64,000 bases of DNA from Verrucomicrobiota bacterium (GTDB lineage Bacteria; Verrucomicrobiota; Verrucomicrobiia; Limisphaerales; CANJSG01): positions 17,631 through 81,630 of the forward strand of contig JAYVSO010000010.1 of assembly GCA_043775315.1 (NCBI GenBank). The letters are read 5' to 3'. Below the pieces are notes generated by a model. That model saw nothing but the letters and a program-made list of their open reading frames with translations. It did not search any database and was not told the origin of the DNA. Within the stretch, counting starts at the first letter, position 1. Every line of letters starts with the position of its first letter. The translations under genes and the position numbers were made by a program. Positions 42,961-52,856 of this stretch are shown here, piece after piece.

Positions 42961-45019
42961 GCTTCAGTTCGCGGAACTGGATCAGGGCACCGGGTCTCGG
43001 CCCCGTGAAAAGTTCGAGGGCGATGGCGCCGCTCTTCAACGATTTGTTGGAATTATTGTCCCTCACCGAAAGCATCTCATGGTCGTTCAGCCGATGCTCC
43101 ATGCGGCCGCCATTGGCGACGACCGAGAAGTCGTTCCATTCCTCGCGCTTGAAGGAAAGACGCCCCGCAAGGACCTCGGCTCCCACCGCGTTTGTATCGA
43201 CGATATCCGACTGGGCTGCATCCGCCGTGATCTCAAGACCACTGCCCTGGAGCATGTAGAATCCGCGCTTGCCTCCTGCCTGGTAGAGCGCACCAACCTT
43301 GTTCGTATCGAGCGCGATCTCGAACTGGTAGCTGCGGTATACAACGCCGCTGTTGTTGGTCGCCCCGCGATAGACCAGCCCGGAGTTGGCGGTGTAGTTG
43401 TTACGCAGCACTCGGAAACGGAACTGGCCGCGCAGTTCGAAGTCCCCGACGGGTGCGTCGTTGTATATCAGATAGAAGTTGGTGCCCTTCGGAGCGTCTT
43501 GCGGAACAAATCCCGTGATGTATCCGTCGCGCACGGACCAGTAGTTGGTAGGACCACGCCAGCCGTTGAGCGTCTTGCCATCGAAGATGGACTTGAAGGC
43601 AGCCTCCGCCTCAAGTGCCGCCGTAGTCGCCACAAGCGCTTGCTTGTCCTGCACCACCTTCTGTTCGCGATCGGCCTGCTGCGCCGCCTTGCGGGAGATT
43701 TCCTGCATCAGCCTATCCGCTTCATCCGCGGCCTGTCGCCGCGCTGCGGCCGATTTTTCCTCCGGGTCCATCGCCGGTGACGGAGGCGTCTCGGCGGACC
43801 GGCGGATCTCGTCCAGCGTGTTCTGGATGGAATCGCTGGTCCGATTTGCCGACCGATCGGATGCCGCCGCCCGCTGCTGTGCGGATAGCCGGGCCTCCAA
43901 CTCCAGTTGCTTGAGACGAACGGCGTCCATCTCCTTCTGCCTCTGGCCTTCCTGCTGTTTTGGCAGCAACAGCAGGATCATGGCGACTCCAACCGCCAGC
44001 ACGGAAACCAGCAATGTCGTCATCATCAGCGCCGATTGGCGTCCGCTGGCGACCACCACGGTAGGCGGGGCCGACGGTTGATTCGACTGGCCCGACCGAC
44101 GGCCACCGGCCGCGGCTGACGGCAGTTTTGCATCCGCCATCGCCGGATCATACTCGGCGATCAGGAAAGGTTTGCCCTTGGCCGGCCCGGGGATCTTTCC
44201 GACGGACATGAGGCCCTTGAGCGCATCTCCCACGGTGGCGGGACGGCGGCTCGGATCTTTCTCCAGACAGCGCCCGACGGCCACGGCAAGCCCCGCGGCC
44301 AGATCCGGCACGACGGCCGCGGGTGACGGCGCCTGGTTGTAACGAATCTGGTGGATCAGATTCTCTCCGCCGAACGGGGCACGGCCGGTGAATCCGAAAT
44401 AGAGAAGGCAGCCAAAGCCATAAAGGTCGTCGGCAGGATCAGCGGCTGCGCCGTCCACCACCTGCGGGCTCCAGAACGCCACGTCGCCTGGAGACGCCCG
44501 GCGGAATGCACGGAGGTCGGAATCCAGGAGGCTACCGAATCCGAATTCCGGAATGATCACGCTGCCGTCGTCGCACACCCAGACGCGGTCCGGCGTCAAA
44601 CGCCCGTCGGCCAGTCCGTGTTCCCCGGCGAACTCCAGGAGCTTGGCGATCGATTCCGCCACAGGCTGCAGGGCCTGCCAGTCGAGCCGCCCAGTCTCGG
44701 CCACCCACTCGGAAAACAGCCGGCCGCGGGGCAGATCCACGACGATTCCGCCGCAGGCCACGGCATCCGCAAACTCGTCCGGCACGCGACCAAAACCCTC
44801 GTGCCGCCACGCCGCAAGGCGGCTCTGGGCGGCTACCAGATCGCCGACGAGCGCGGAGTCGGCAAGTTGCACCGGCGACAATTGGCGCACCCAGGCCATG
44901 CCTCCGGTCTTCTTGTCCTCGGCAAGCCACGAGCGGGCCGCACTTCCCAGAGGCCGCAGCGGGGAAAACCGCTCCGGTGCCGACGGGAGGATTACATGGG
45001 AGGTTGTATTGGGTTCCAT
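42911..45019 (-). CDS. Membrane protein: degenerate Ser/Thr protein-kinase-like (pseudokinase) domain - TM - coiled coil - DUF1080
   Basis: Kinase-fold landmarks are present (..DLYGFGCLLYFGFTGRAPF.., ..CLEKDPSRRP..) but the catalytic motifs are replaced. TM helix ALMMTTLLVSVLAVGVAMILLLL. C-terminal DUF1080 pattern (FDGKTLNGWRG..NYWSVRDGYI..). Confidence 0.75.
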   Translation of the reverse strand: MEPNTTSHVILPSAPERFSPLRPLGSAARSWLAEDKKTGGMAWVRQLSPVQLADSALVGDLVAAQSRLAAWRHEGFGRVPDEFADAVACGGIVVDLPRGRLFSEWVAETGRLDWQALQPVAESIAKLLEFAGEHGLADGRLTPDRVWVCDDGSVIIPEFGFGSLLDSDLRAFRRASPGDVAFWSPQVVDGAAADPADDLYGFGCLLYFGFTGRAPFGGENLIHQIRYNQAPSPAAVVPDLAAGLAVAVGRCLEKDPSRRPATVGDALKGLMSVGKIPGPAKGKPFLIAEYDPAMADAKLPSAAAGGRRSGQSNQPSAPPTVVVASGRQSALMMTTLLVSVLAVGVAMILLLLPKQQEGQRQKEMDAVRLKQLELEARLSAQQRAAASDRSANRTSDSIQNTLDEIRRSAETPPSPAMDPEEKSAAARRQAADEADRLMQEISRKAAQQADREQKVVQDKQALVATTAALEAEAAFKSIFDGKTLNGWRGPTNYWSVRDGYITGFVPQDAPKGTNFYLIYNDAPVGDFELRGQFRFRVLRNNYTANSGLVYRGATNNSGVVYRSYQFEIALDTNKVGALYQAGGKRGFYMLQGSGLEITADAAQSDIVDTNAVGAEVLAGRLSFKREEWNDFSVVANGGRMEHRLNDHEMLSVRDNNSNKSLKSGAIALELFTGPRPGALIQFRELKLRKLEPASAGPSSPKR

Positions 45020-45023
45020 GGCT

Positions 45024-46154
45024 TCACTTGGTGACTTCGGTGATCTCGATGCCGCAGACCTTGTTGTGGCTGCCGTTCGGATTGTCGGTCAAAGTCAACC
45101 GGCCGTCTTTCACGTCAACCAGGACGGTCCCGTCGGCCCAACGGTTCGCGTCCTCGGGGATGACGTCAAACACCTTGGTGTCCTCCACGTTGACGGAATA
45201 GATGCTGTCCTTGGCGACCAGGTCGCCCGCGATGACACGGACAGAGTATCGCCCGTTCGGGACGGCGATTTCCCACACGGCCTTGGTCTTGATCTTGTCG
45301 TGATCGACGTAGCTGAAGGTTTCATGCACCCGGGTCGGCGCCCGTCTTGAGGCGGCGAGCTTCTTCTGCGGGGCCGTGTTGTTGGTGGACATTCGATCGC
45401 GGACGTGGGCGGTCATGTCCTGGTTCCACCCGTAGCTCAATCCACCTTCCTTCGCCGCAAACTTGGTTCCGTTTTCCGGAAGATACCCATCGGCGAGCTT
45501 TGATCCCTTCGGCAGGAACTGCACCTTCGCCCTGAACAGGCCCCGGGTAAGGATCAACTGGGGCTCATAGCCGGTGGATTCCTTTGAGCGCACCTGGATC
45601 CGGTTGATCGACTCGCTCGAGTAGACGAGCGCGAAGTTGACCCACTGACGCTTGTTCGAAATCTCCTTCTGAATGAAATCCGTCACATCGACTTCATACC
45701 AGGATGGCGATCCACCCGTGATTTCGACACGCCCGAGGGGTGTCGAATGCGGAATGCTTTCCCACCAGGTCAGAGACTTCTCGATCCAATTGGTGGAATA
45801 GGCGGAACGCACCTGCAGCACCGCCACACCAGTTCTTTCCAGGCTGGCGTATAACCGAAGCCGGGCGCTCGAGGGCACGCCACTGAACGGCGTCACATCG
45901 AAGGCGATGTAGCCTTCGGACGCTCCGTCCCTCGAGGAACTGCGAATGTCGATCGTGGGTTCGGACCCGTAGTTCTTGCGGCTGTCGCGGCTCAGGCTGC
46001 GGACATAGGTGTCCGCGATCGGCAACAACGTGGTTCCCAGCCCAGCCGCGCTCGCTCCAAGTTCCAGAACAACGCAAGCAACGAAGCACAGCGAGAGACA
46101 AAGCCTTGCCGGAAGACGGTTTCGGCCGATTTCAGGACACTTTGGCGTCTTCAT
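45024..46154 (-). CDS. Secreted carbohydrate-binding protein (DNRLRE/CBM96-like N-domain + malectin-like C-domain)
   Basis: Signal peptide, then DTYVRS..NYGSEPTIDI..GYIAFDV..ARLRLYA. C-terminal ..GGLSYGWNQDM..GRYSVRVIAGD.. pattern. Confidence 0.55.
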   Translation of the reverse strand: MKTPKCPEIGRNRLPARLCLSLCFVACVVLELGASAAGLGTTLLPIADTYVRSLSRDSRKNYGSEPTIDIRSSSRDGASEGYIAFDVTPFSGVPSSARLRLYASLERTGVAVLQVRSAYSTNWIEKSLTWWESIPHSTPLGRVEITGGSPSWYEVDVTDFIQKEISNKRQWVNFALVYSSESINRIQVRSKESTGYEPQLILTRGLFRAKVQFLPKGSKLADGYLPENGTKFAAKEGGLSYGWNQDMTAHVRDRMSTNNTAPQKKLAASRRAPTRVHETFSYVDHDKIKTKAVWEIAVPNGRYSVRVIAGDLVAKDSIYSVNVEDTKVFDVIPEDANRWADGTVLVDVKDGRLTLTDNPNGSHNKVCGIEITEVTK

Positions 46155-46205
46155 CTGTGAGGTAGTTAATCAGAATCATCAGCCACTAAAAGCAAAACCC
46201 TGCGG

Positions 46206-46215
46206 CCCCCCCCCC
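46206..46215. repeat. C10 (G10 on the coding strand) homopolymer, 52-61 nt upstream of the 45024..46154 start codon
   Basis: Read directly and confirmed by the track translation ..CGPPPAQ.. of ORF 46009..46338. Confidence 0.85.
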
Positions 46216-46300
46216 GCCCAGGACCCGCGACCCGATCGCAGCACGAAGGACTCGGGGCCGGGCCTACCGGCGTCGGTGGTCGGCGCACGACCCCGGGCAT

Positions 46301-46891
46301 CTATCGGGGTCCGGAGAGGAGATCGTCCGGCGCATTGATGCTGCGGAACAGTGCCTCAAGGTCCCGCGGAACCGGCCAGCCATCCGCCACCCCGATGCGT
46401 AGCGCCTCAGCGCAGAATGCCTGAAGCGACCGGTCGGATCCGGCGAGGCGTAACCCGGCCAGCGAGGACAAGGACGCCGGAAAGACAGCGGCCAAAGGCT
46501 CGAATCGACCTCGGACGACGGGGAAGACGCCGCGGCCAGGGAGTCCATCGCATTTCCCCAAAAGTCCACGCAGGAGTTCCGCCGTGACCAAGGGCATGTC
46601 CACGGCCAGCACTAGGACGGTTTCGTGGGACGCCTCTTTCAACGCGTTGGCCAGGCCCGCGAGCGGGCCGAGGTCTTCGACGTCGTCCGGGACGAAGCGG
46701 AATCCGTCGCCCGCGAATCCCTGTTCACGTCGGCCGCAGACCAGCAATTCAGAAGCTCCGACCGATCTGAGTTTGGCGAGCTGCACTTCCCAGAGCGGAC
46801 GGCCCTGCGAATCGAGGAACGCCTTGTCGCGGCCCATTCGGCTGGAACGGCCGCCGGCGATCAGTGCTCCGGTGAACGCGGACATGGTCAC
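46301..46891 (-). CDS. mobA: Molybdenum cofactor guanylyltransferase MobA
   Basis: ALIAGGRSSRMGRDKAFL motif. The start is GTG at 46891 (overlapping the upstream stop) or ATG at 46885. Confidence 0.8.
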   Translation of the reverse strand: MTMSAFTGALIAGGRSSRMGRDKAFLDSQGRPLWEVQLAKLRSVGASELLVCGRREQGFAGDGFRFVPDDVEDLGPLAGLANALKEASHETVLVLAVDMPLVTAELLRGLLGKCDGLPGRGVFPVVRGRFEPLAAVFPASLSSLAGLRLAGSDRSLQAFCAEALRIGVADGWPVPRDLEALFRSINAPDDLLSGPR

Positions 46892-47667
46892 TTGGCGGCG
46901 GCGGCGAAGACTTTCTTGAGGAGGTCCGTGGTGCGGGCGGCCGGGTTTTCGCGGATGCGTTTTTCCTCGTCAGCAACCATGGAGAACAATCCGTCGAGCG
47001 ACTTGCGGGTGACGTAGTCATCAAGGTCGAGGCTCTTCGGATCGAATTGTTTTCCGCCAAAAGAACCGAGGCTGGAGATCAATTTGCCTGTGTCTCCCGA
47101 GAGGCCGGCGCTGTCCAGGACCTTCTTGTAGGCGGACGAAACTCCGGCCGTGTCGGTCGCCTTTTTCACGATCGGGAGGAAGCGGGTGTAGAGATTGGTC
47201 TCGGTGGTGCGACGGAAGTAGGTCGTCGCGGCGTTGTTCGTTCCGGCCAGGATGCTCTTCGCGTCGGCGATGGACATCTGCTTCACCGCATCTCCGAACA
47301 CGACGGCAGCTTCCGGAACCGCCTTCTCCGCGGCGGTGTTCATGACGCGGACAAAATCATCGACCATCGCGTCCTGCTTCAACGCGCGGGCGGCCTTTTC
47401 CACCTTCTGCATCGCGGCGGGCACGGGAATGCGGACGGCACCGTTGTTGAGGAATCCGCCGTCCTTCCCGAGCCGTCCCACAGCGGACGAAAGTCCCTTG
47501 GCTAACGCCTCCTTGAGTCCGCCAACCATCTGGTCCTGGGGCAACGCACTAAGCGCGCCTGAAACCAGGTTGGTCTTCCCACCAAGGCCGAGATGGTCGA
47601 GCAGTCCGGCGGCGGTGGACTCGCGCAGTGTGAGAAGAAGGGCGGCAAACAGTAGGAGCGTTTTCAT
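46888..47667 (-). CDS. DUF4197 domain protein (secreted)
   Basis: Signal peptide, with ..GLKEALAKG..AVGRLGKDGGFLNN..RIPVP.. pattern typical of DUF4197. Confidence 0.7.
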   Translation of the reverse strand: MKTLLLFAALLLTLRESTAAGLLDHLGLGGKTNLVSGALSALPQDQMVGGLKEALAKGLSSAVGRLGKDGGFLNNGAVRIPVPAAMQKVEKAARALKQDAMVDDFVRVMNTAAEKAVPEAAVVFGDAVKQMSIADAKSILAGTNNAATTYFRRTTETNLYTRFLPIVKKATDTAGVSSAYKKVLDSAGLSGDTGKLISSLGSFGGKQFDPKSLDLDDYVTRKSLDGLFSMVADEEKRIRENPAARTTDLLKKVFAAAAK

Positions 47668-47744
47668 CGAAGGAATCCCACATCAGAATGCACAGGGTCG
47701 GCGCATCGGCAACGGCTATTCCCGGTTCCGGCGACGGCCGCGGG

Positions 47745-48533
47745 CTACTTCTTGTCCGATGCGATGTCGGACAAAGTGATTGTGTCCTTGGAGAAGGATT
47801 CGCATCTGCAAGCGAGGATTACCGTCTGGCCCACCTCGGCCAACCGCGCCTTTCCGCCGGATGTGCGCCCTTCGATGGAAACACGGTCGTCGACCAGCAC
47901 CGTCACATCGAACCGGGCCGGCGGCGTAGTTTTGACCTTCGCCTTCAGGACCGTGCCCAGTTGGCGAAAGATGACGTCGTAGTTCCGACTGGTCATGGAT
48001 TTGTCGAGCTCGGCAACGACTCCCTGGAGCAGGAACGACTTCTTGCTGTAACGGGCCTCGGCGGCCACGGGATCTTTCTGGAAGTGGTGGATGAGATCGA
48101 CGGCCGAAACCACCGTCTCGGGAGTGAGTGCCGGAAGCGTGGACATGTCGGGCGTAGGTGGCGCCTTGCTCGCGGCTTCGACCGCTGCCGGATGGATCCA
48201 TTCCGCCCGTGACGGACGCTTCTCCACGACGGCCGCAGACTGGGCCCGGGCTTCCTGCAGTTGGAGTTTCGTGGCGGCCAACTCGGCCTCGAGCGCGGGA
48301 GCCACGGTGACAGTTGACGCCGCCGGTCTGAAACCTTCTTTTAGCGTCTTGATCTCGGCCTTGAGCGACGCGATCTCGTTGGTGAGCCGCTGAAACTCCC
48401 TCGCATTGAGCTGAAGGTTCTCCCACTGCGACCGGGGAATGCTGACCATGTCTTCCGCATCCGCCGCGGACACATGGTTGGTTGTGACGGCCACCAACGA
48501 AGCGAGGGCCAGAGCAGCGGCGAATGGGCGCAT
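47745..48533 (-). CDS. Secreted coiled-coil protein with C-terminal OB-fold (tRNA_anti-like) domain
   Basis: Signal peptide MRPFAAALALASLVAVTTNHVSA. Heptad region ..EFQRLTNEIASLKAEIKTLKE... C-terminal ..AAEARYSKKSFLLQGVVAEL... The track ORF to 48722 is over-extended. Confidence 0.6.
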   Translation of the reverse strand: MRPFAAALALASLVAVTTNHVSAADAEDMVSIPRSQWENLQLNAREFQRLTNEIASLKAEIKTLKEGFRPAASTVTVAPALEAELAATKLQLQEARAQSAAVVEKRPSRAEWIHPAAVEAASKAPPTPDMSTLPALTPETVVSAVDLIHHFQKDPVAAEARYSKKSFLLQGVVAELDKSMTSRNYDVIFRQLGTVLKAKVKTTPPARFDVTVLVDDRVSIEGRTSGGKARLAEVGQTVILACRCESFSKDTITLSDIASDKK

Positions 48534-48555
48534 AATGGGATGGGGTTGCGTTCGC

Positions 48556-49641
48556 TTAGGCCGCGGGCGGGTTCGCAATAGCTTCGCGTTTGGCGGCGAT
48601 GGCCTCGAGGATCTTCTGGGCGAGATCGGGTTTGTCGACGAGGGCCTGGCGCGCGGCTTCCTTGCCCTGGCCGATGAGCTCGCCGTTGAACTGGATCCAC
48701 GCGCCCTTCTTGTCGACGACACCGAGGGTCAGGCCGATGTCGATGATGCTGCCCTCCTTGTTCACGCCGTGGTTGTAGATGATCTCAAACTCGGCTTCGG
48801 CGAAGGGCGGCGCGACCTTGTTCTTCACGATCTTAACCTTGGTGATGTTGCCCACGACGGTGCCGGCGGCGTCCTTGATCTGGTCGCGTCGGCGGATGTC
48901 GATGCGGACCGACGCGTAGAACTTGAGGGCCTTGCCGCCGGGCGTGGTCTCGGGGCTGCCGAACATGACGCCGACCTTCTCGCGGAGCTGGTTGGTGAAG
49001 AGGCAGGTCGTCTTCGACTTGCTGAGAAGGGCGGTGAGCTTGCGGAGCGCCTGGGACATGAGGCGGGCCTGCATGCCCATGGTCGCCATGCCCATCTCGC
49101 CTTCGAGTTCGGCCTTGGGCACGAGCGCGGCGACGGAATCGATCACGATGACGTCGAGCGCGCCGGAGCGGGCCAGGGTTTCGCAGATGGTCAGGGCTTC
49201 CTCGCCGCTGTCGGGCTGGGAGACGAGGAGGTTATCGAGGTCCACGCCGAGCTTCTTGGCGTAGCCGGGGTCGAGCGCGTGCTCCGCGTCGATGAAGGCC
49301 GCTGCGCCGCCTGCCTTCTGGGCGTTGGCGATGATGTGGAGCATCAAGGTTGTCTTGCCGGAAGATTCGGGTCCGTAGATCTCGACGATACGCCCACGGG
49401 GCACGCCACCAACGCCGAGGGCGATGTCGACCGCCAGCGCGCCGGTGGGAATGACTTCTATCTTGTTTCTCAAGGACGCCGCACCGAGCCGCATGATGGC
49501 GCCGTCGCCGAAGGCCTTGGTTATGGAGCTGATGGCGGCTTCGAGGTCGCGCTGCTTCTGCGGGGTGAGCTGGGATGGTTCGACGGCGACAGCTTTTTCG
49601 GCGGCTTTTTCGACGTTCTTTTCGGAAGATTTTGCAGGCAT
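48556..49641 (-). CDS. recA: Recombinase RecA
   Basis: [17 protein letters not shown] Walker A and the canonical RecA core. The ATG at 49641 was confirmed in the sequence. Confidence 0.95.
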   Translation of the reverse strand: MPAKSSEKNVEKAAEKAVAVEPSQLTPQKQRDLEAAISSITKAFGDGAIMRLGAASLRNKIEVIPTGALAVDIALGVGGVPRGRIVEIYGPESSGKTTLMLHIIANAQKAGGAAAFIDAEHALDPGYAKKLGVDLDNLLVSQPDSGEEALTICETLARSGALDVIVIDSVAALVPKAELEGEMGMATMGMQARLMSQALRKLTALLSKSKTTCLFTNQLREKVGVMFGSPETTPGGKALKFYASVRIDIRRRDQIKDAAGTVVGNITKVKIVKNKVAPPFAEAEFEIIYNHGVNKEGSIIDIGLTLGVVDKKGAWIQFNGELIGQGKEAARQALVDKPDLAQKILEAIAAKREAIANPPAA

Positions 49642-49915
49642 GGTGATTGAACTGATTGCGGGTGGAAACCGTTCTTGCCAGAGCCTCTTAAAGGACCGGC
49701 GGATGCCAGTCAATTCAACAGGCGCATTCCAACCGGGCGCATGTTGCGCCGGGCGGGAGGACAACAGCGGTCTTGGCGGCGAGGAATCAGGTGGAAAAGT
49801 GAGCGAGCGAACTGGGGAGCAACTGAGGCACTGGCGAAGAGTGATTCCGTTCCGCCTTTTCCGCGGTTGAAGGAAAAGTGTCCGACGTCGAAGGGTATTG
49901 CCTCGTATTCACTCC

Positions 49916-50881
49916 ATGCCGATAAACCCTCTCGTGATTCACGACCCCAGCGCGGCCAGGGATACCTTTCGCCGGATCGCCGCCAACATCGCAACCGTCG
50001 TCAGCGGCCAATCGGACACGATCCGCCGGCTGCTTGTCGCCCTGGGAAGCGGCGGCCATGTGCTGCTGGAGGACTATCCCGGCACCGGAAAGACCACCCT
50101 CGCCAAGGCGCTCGCCCGCTCGATCGACGCCGAGTTCAAGCGCCTCCAGTTCACGCCAGACCTGCTGCCGTCGGACATCCTCGGAGTCTCGATCTACAAC
50201 CAGCGCGAGCAGCAGTTCCAGTTTCACGAAGGCCCCGTCTTCACGAACATCCTTTTGGCCGACGAGATCAACCGCGCCTCGCCCCGCACGCAGTCCGCGC
50301 TGCTGGAGGCGATGGGCGAAGGACAGGTGACGGTCGAGGGCGAGCGCCGCGCTTTGCCCGACCTGTTTTTCGTCATCGCGACGCAGAACCCGGTGGAGTT
50401 CCGCGGCACTTATCCGCTGCCGGAGGCGCAGATGGACCGGTTCGGCATGGAGTTCACGCTGGGCTACGTCACGGAAAACGAAGAGGTGTCGATCCTCTCG
50501 GCCCGCCAGACGGTGAACCCGCTCGATTCCCTGAAGCCTTGTTCGACGCTGCAGGAGATCGTCGCATTGCGCGCCGCCGCTGCGGACGTCCGCGTCAGCG
50601 AGGAGTTGAAGCACTACATCGTGGCGCTGGTCGCAGGCACCCGGACCTTTGCCGGAGTCAACCTCGGCGCAAGTCCCCGCGCGTCGTTGGCGCTGATGAA
50701 GGCCGCGCAGGCGGCGGCGCTCCATGACGGCCTGGAGTTCGTCACCCCGGATTTGATCCGCGAACTCGCACCGACCGTCATCGCCCACCGGTTGGCCCTC
50801 GATCCGCAGATGAAGTTCTCCGGGCTGACCGGCGTTTCCGTGGTCAACGACCTTCTGAAGAAGGTGCCCGTTCCCAAGTAG
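49916..50881 (+). CDS. MoxR family AAA+ ATPase
   Basis: GHVLLEDYPGTGKTTLAKALA Walker A, ..ILLADEINRASP.. Walker B, ..ATQNP... The ATG at 49916 is preferred over the track's TTG at 49898. Confidence 0.9.
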   Translation: MPINPLVIHDPSAARDTFRRIAANIATVVSGQSDTIRRLLVALGSGGHVLLEDYPGTGKTTLAKALARSIDAEFKRLQFTPDLLPSDILGVSIYNQREQQFQFHEGPVFTNILLADEINRASPRTQSALLEAMGEGQVTVEGERRALPDLFFVIATQNPVEFRGTYPLPEAQMDRFGMEFTLGYVTENEEVSILSARQTVNPLDSLKPCSTLQEIVALRAAAADVRVSEELKHYIVALVAGTRTFAGVNLGASPRASLALMKAAQAAALHDGLEFVTPDLIRELAPTVIAHRLALDPQMKFSGLTGVSVVNDLLKKVPVPK

Positions 50882-50891
50882 GCCACGCCGC

Positions 50892-52259
50892 ATGGGGGTC
50901 GAGACCATCAAGCGCCTGATGTTCCGCAGCTACCGGACGACTCCGGAGATGCCGGAACGTTTTCGGCGGCGCTTCACCCTGGCGGGCATCTTCGTGTGGT
51001 GCGCCATGCTCTTCGCGCTGACGCTTGGTGCGGACACGACGCGGACGATGGGCTACCAGGTCTTCACCGTGCTGGGCGTGATCATGCTGATCAGCCTGTG
51101 CTCCGCGTTGCGCTTCAAGCCACGACTGCGCCTGCGGCGTCTGATGCCGCGTTTCGGGACCGTGCAACAGCCGTTGCGCTATTCGATCCGGTTCCAGAAC
51201 GACGGGAAGTTCTCCGAGAAGAACCTCATCCTGATCGAGCGTCAGCGCGATCCCCGGCCTTCGTTCACCGAGTTCACGCACGCCCGGGAGCCGGGCGAGG
51301 AGAAACGGAATGCCTGGGACCGCTTCGTCGGCTTCCATCGGTTCCGTTGGCTGATGGAGCGCAAACGCAGCGCAAAGATCCGCGAGATGCCGCTGCCGGA
51401 CCTTCCACCCGGTCGCGAGACCGATGTCACGGTGGAGATCCAGCCGCTTCGTCGCGGCCGGCTGAATCTCGTCACATCCGTTCTCGCGCGGCCCGATCCT
51501 TTCGGCCTCGTCAAGGCGTTGCACCGCGTGCCGCTCGCCGACTCGGTGCTGATCCTGCCGAACCGCTACGCGTTGCCCCCGATCGATCTGCCCGGGCAGA
51601 TGAAGTATCAGCAGGGCGGCGTGAACCAGGCGTCTTCCGTCGGCGAATCGGAGGAGTTCATCTCGCTGCGCGACTATCGTCCCGGTGATCCGTTGAGGAA
51701 CATCCATTGGCGCAGCTTCGCCCGCACCGGCCGGCCGATCGTGCGCGAGTTCCAGGACGAGTTCTTCGTCCGCACGGCGCTTGTCCTGGACACGTTCGGG
51801 ACGGACCTCGACGTGTTTGAAGAAGCCGTCTCAGTGGCCGCTTCGTTCGCGGTCGCGCTGGACACGCAGGAGGCGTTGCTCGACCTGCTGTTCGTTGGAA
51901 CCGACGCCTACTGCTTCACCGTGGGCCGCGGCGTCGGCCAGACGGAGCGTGTGCTGGAAGTATTGGCCGAAGTCCAGGTCAGCCCGGAGAAACCCTTTTC
52001 CGATCTCACCAAACTCGTGCTCGGACATGGCACGCAGGTCAGCGGATGCGTCTGCATCCTCCTGTCGTGGGATGAACCGAGGCGCGAATTCGTCGGAAAA
52101 CTTCTCAGCATGCAGGTTCCGACCATCGTTCTCGTGCTGGTGCCGAAAGGCGCCGACACCAAGCTCGAGCTCGGTCCGATGCGCGGCCATCCGGAACGCT
52201 TCAAGGTCATTCCCATCGACCGGATCCAGGAGGTCCTCGCGACGCTGGGCCAGCGTTGA
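50892..52259 (+). CDS. DUF58 domain protein (MoxR partner)
   Basis: Two N-terminal TM helices and the GESEEFISLRDYRPGDPLRNIHWRSFAR motif. Confidence 0.85.
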   Translation: MGVETIKRLMFRSYRTTPEMPERFRRRFTLAGIFVWCAMLFALTLGADTTRTMGYQVFTVLGVIMLISLCSALRFKPRLRLRRLMPRFGTVQQPLRYSIRFQNDGKFSEKNLILIERQRDPRPSFTEFTHAREPGEEKRNAWDRFVGFHRFRWLMERKRSAKIREMPLPDLPPGRETDVTVEIQPLRRGRLNLVTSVLARPDPFGLVKALHRVPLADSVLILPNRYALPPIDLPGQMKYQQGGVNQASSVGESEEFISLRDYRPGDPLRNIHWRSFARTGRPIVREFQDEFFVRTALVLDTFGTDLDVFEEAVSVAASFAVALDTQEALLDLLFVGTDAYCFTVGRGVGQTERVLEVLAEVQVSPEKPFSDLTKLVLGHGTQVSGCVCILLSWDEPRREFVGKLLSMQVPTIVLVLVPKGADTKLELGPMRGHPERFKVIPIDRIQEVLATLGQR

Positions 52260-52292
52260 TCCGCTGCAGCCGGCAGTCCCTCAAAAAGAAAA

Positions 52293-52314
52293 GGCGCCGC
52301 GTTGCCGCGGCGCC
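52293..52314. terminator. Bidirectional hairpin between the convergent DUF58 and DUF5069 genes
   Basis: GGCGCCGCG-ttgc-CGCGGCGCC preceded by AAAAAGAAAA. Confidence 0.55.
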
Positions 52315-52338
52315 CTAGGATTGATCCGAATTGACGGA

Positions 52339-52782
52339 TTACTTGACGACCGACGCGTGGAACTCGGTCCAGTCGTCGATGTTGTTCAAGTCGACCGCGC
52401 CCGGATTGACCGAGCCGTCGTCCGCGAGGCCGGTGGCCTTGAGGATGCCGTGGCGCACGTCGTCCTTGTGGATGTAACCCATCACGGCGGCGTTGCTGGT
52501 GTAGATGGTCGCCTTGTCGAGCTTCACGCCGGGATACGCCTTCACCCAGGCCTCGAACTGCGAGTAGGTCGGTTTCTTGGAGTGGATGAACTCGCGGGCC
52601 TTGTCGGCATCGATGCCGATGGCCGCGAGGACCATCTGGTCGTAGCCGGGCCCGATGTCCTTGTAGCCGTCGGCCAAACGACCGAGGCCGCCGAGAAGGG
52701 CCTTCTGCCAGACGCGGGGGAGATGGATGACGCCGAGAGGACCGGCCGTGCCGGAGCTGATGAGGGGAACGATTTTTTCCAT
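52339..52782 (-). CDS. DUF5069 domain protein
   Basis: ..GTAGPLGVIHLPRVWQK..DGYKDIGPGYD.. pattern. ATG at 52782 confirmed. Confidence 0.65.
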   Translation of the reverse strand: MEKIVPLISSGTAGPLGVIHLPRVWQKALLGGLGRLADGYKDIGPGYDQMVLAAIGIDADKAREFIHSKKPTYSQFEAWVKAYPGVKLDKATIYTSNAAVMGYIHKDDVRHGILKATGLADDGSVNPGAVDLNNIDDWTEFHASVVK

Positions 52783-52856
52783 GTTGATTCCTTTTGTTGA
52801 AAACCGGGTTCGCGCTAACAGTTGCGGCCCAGCGTGCAGTTTGTCTAACGGGAAAA

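Noticed and set aside
49916-52259. MoxR + DUF58 as the start of a Bat/aerotolerance-type operon (VWA, TPR and BatD genes)
   Set aside because: A terminator hairpin and a convergent DUF5069 gene follow DUF58 directly. The usual VWA/transglutaminase partners are not in the window, so only the two-gene module can be supported.
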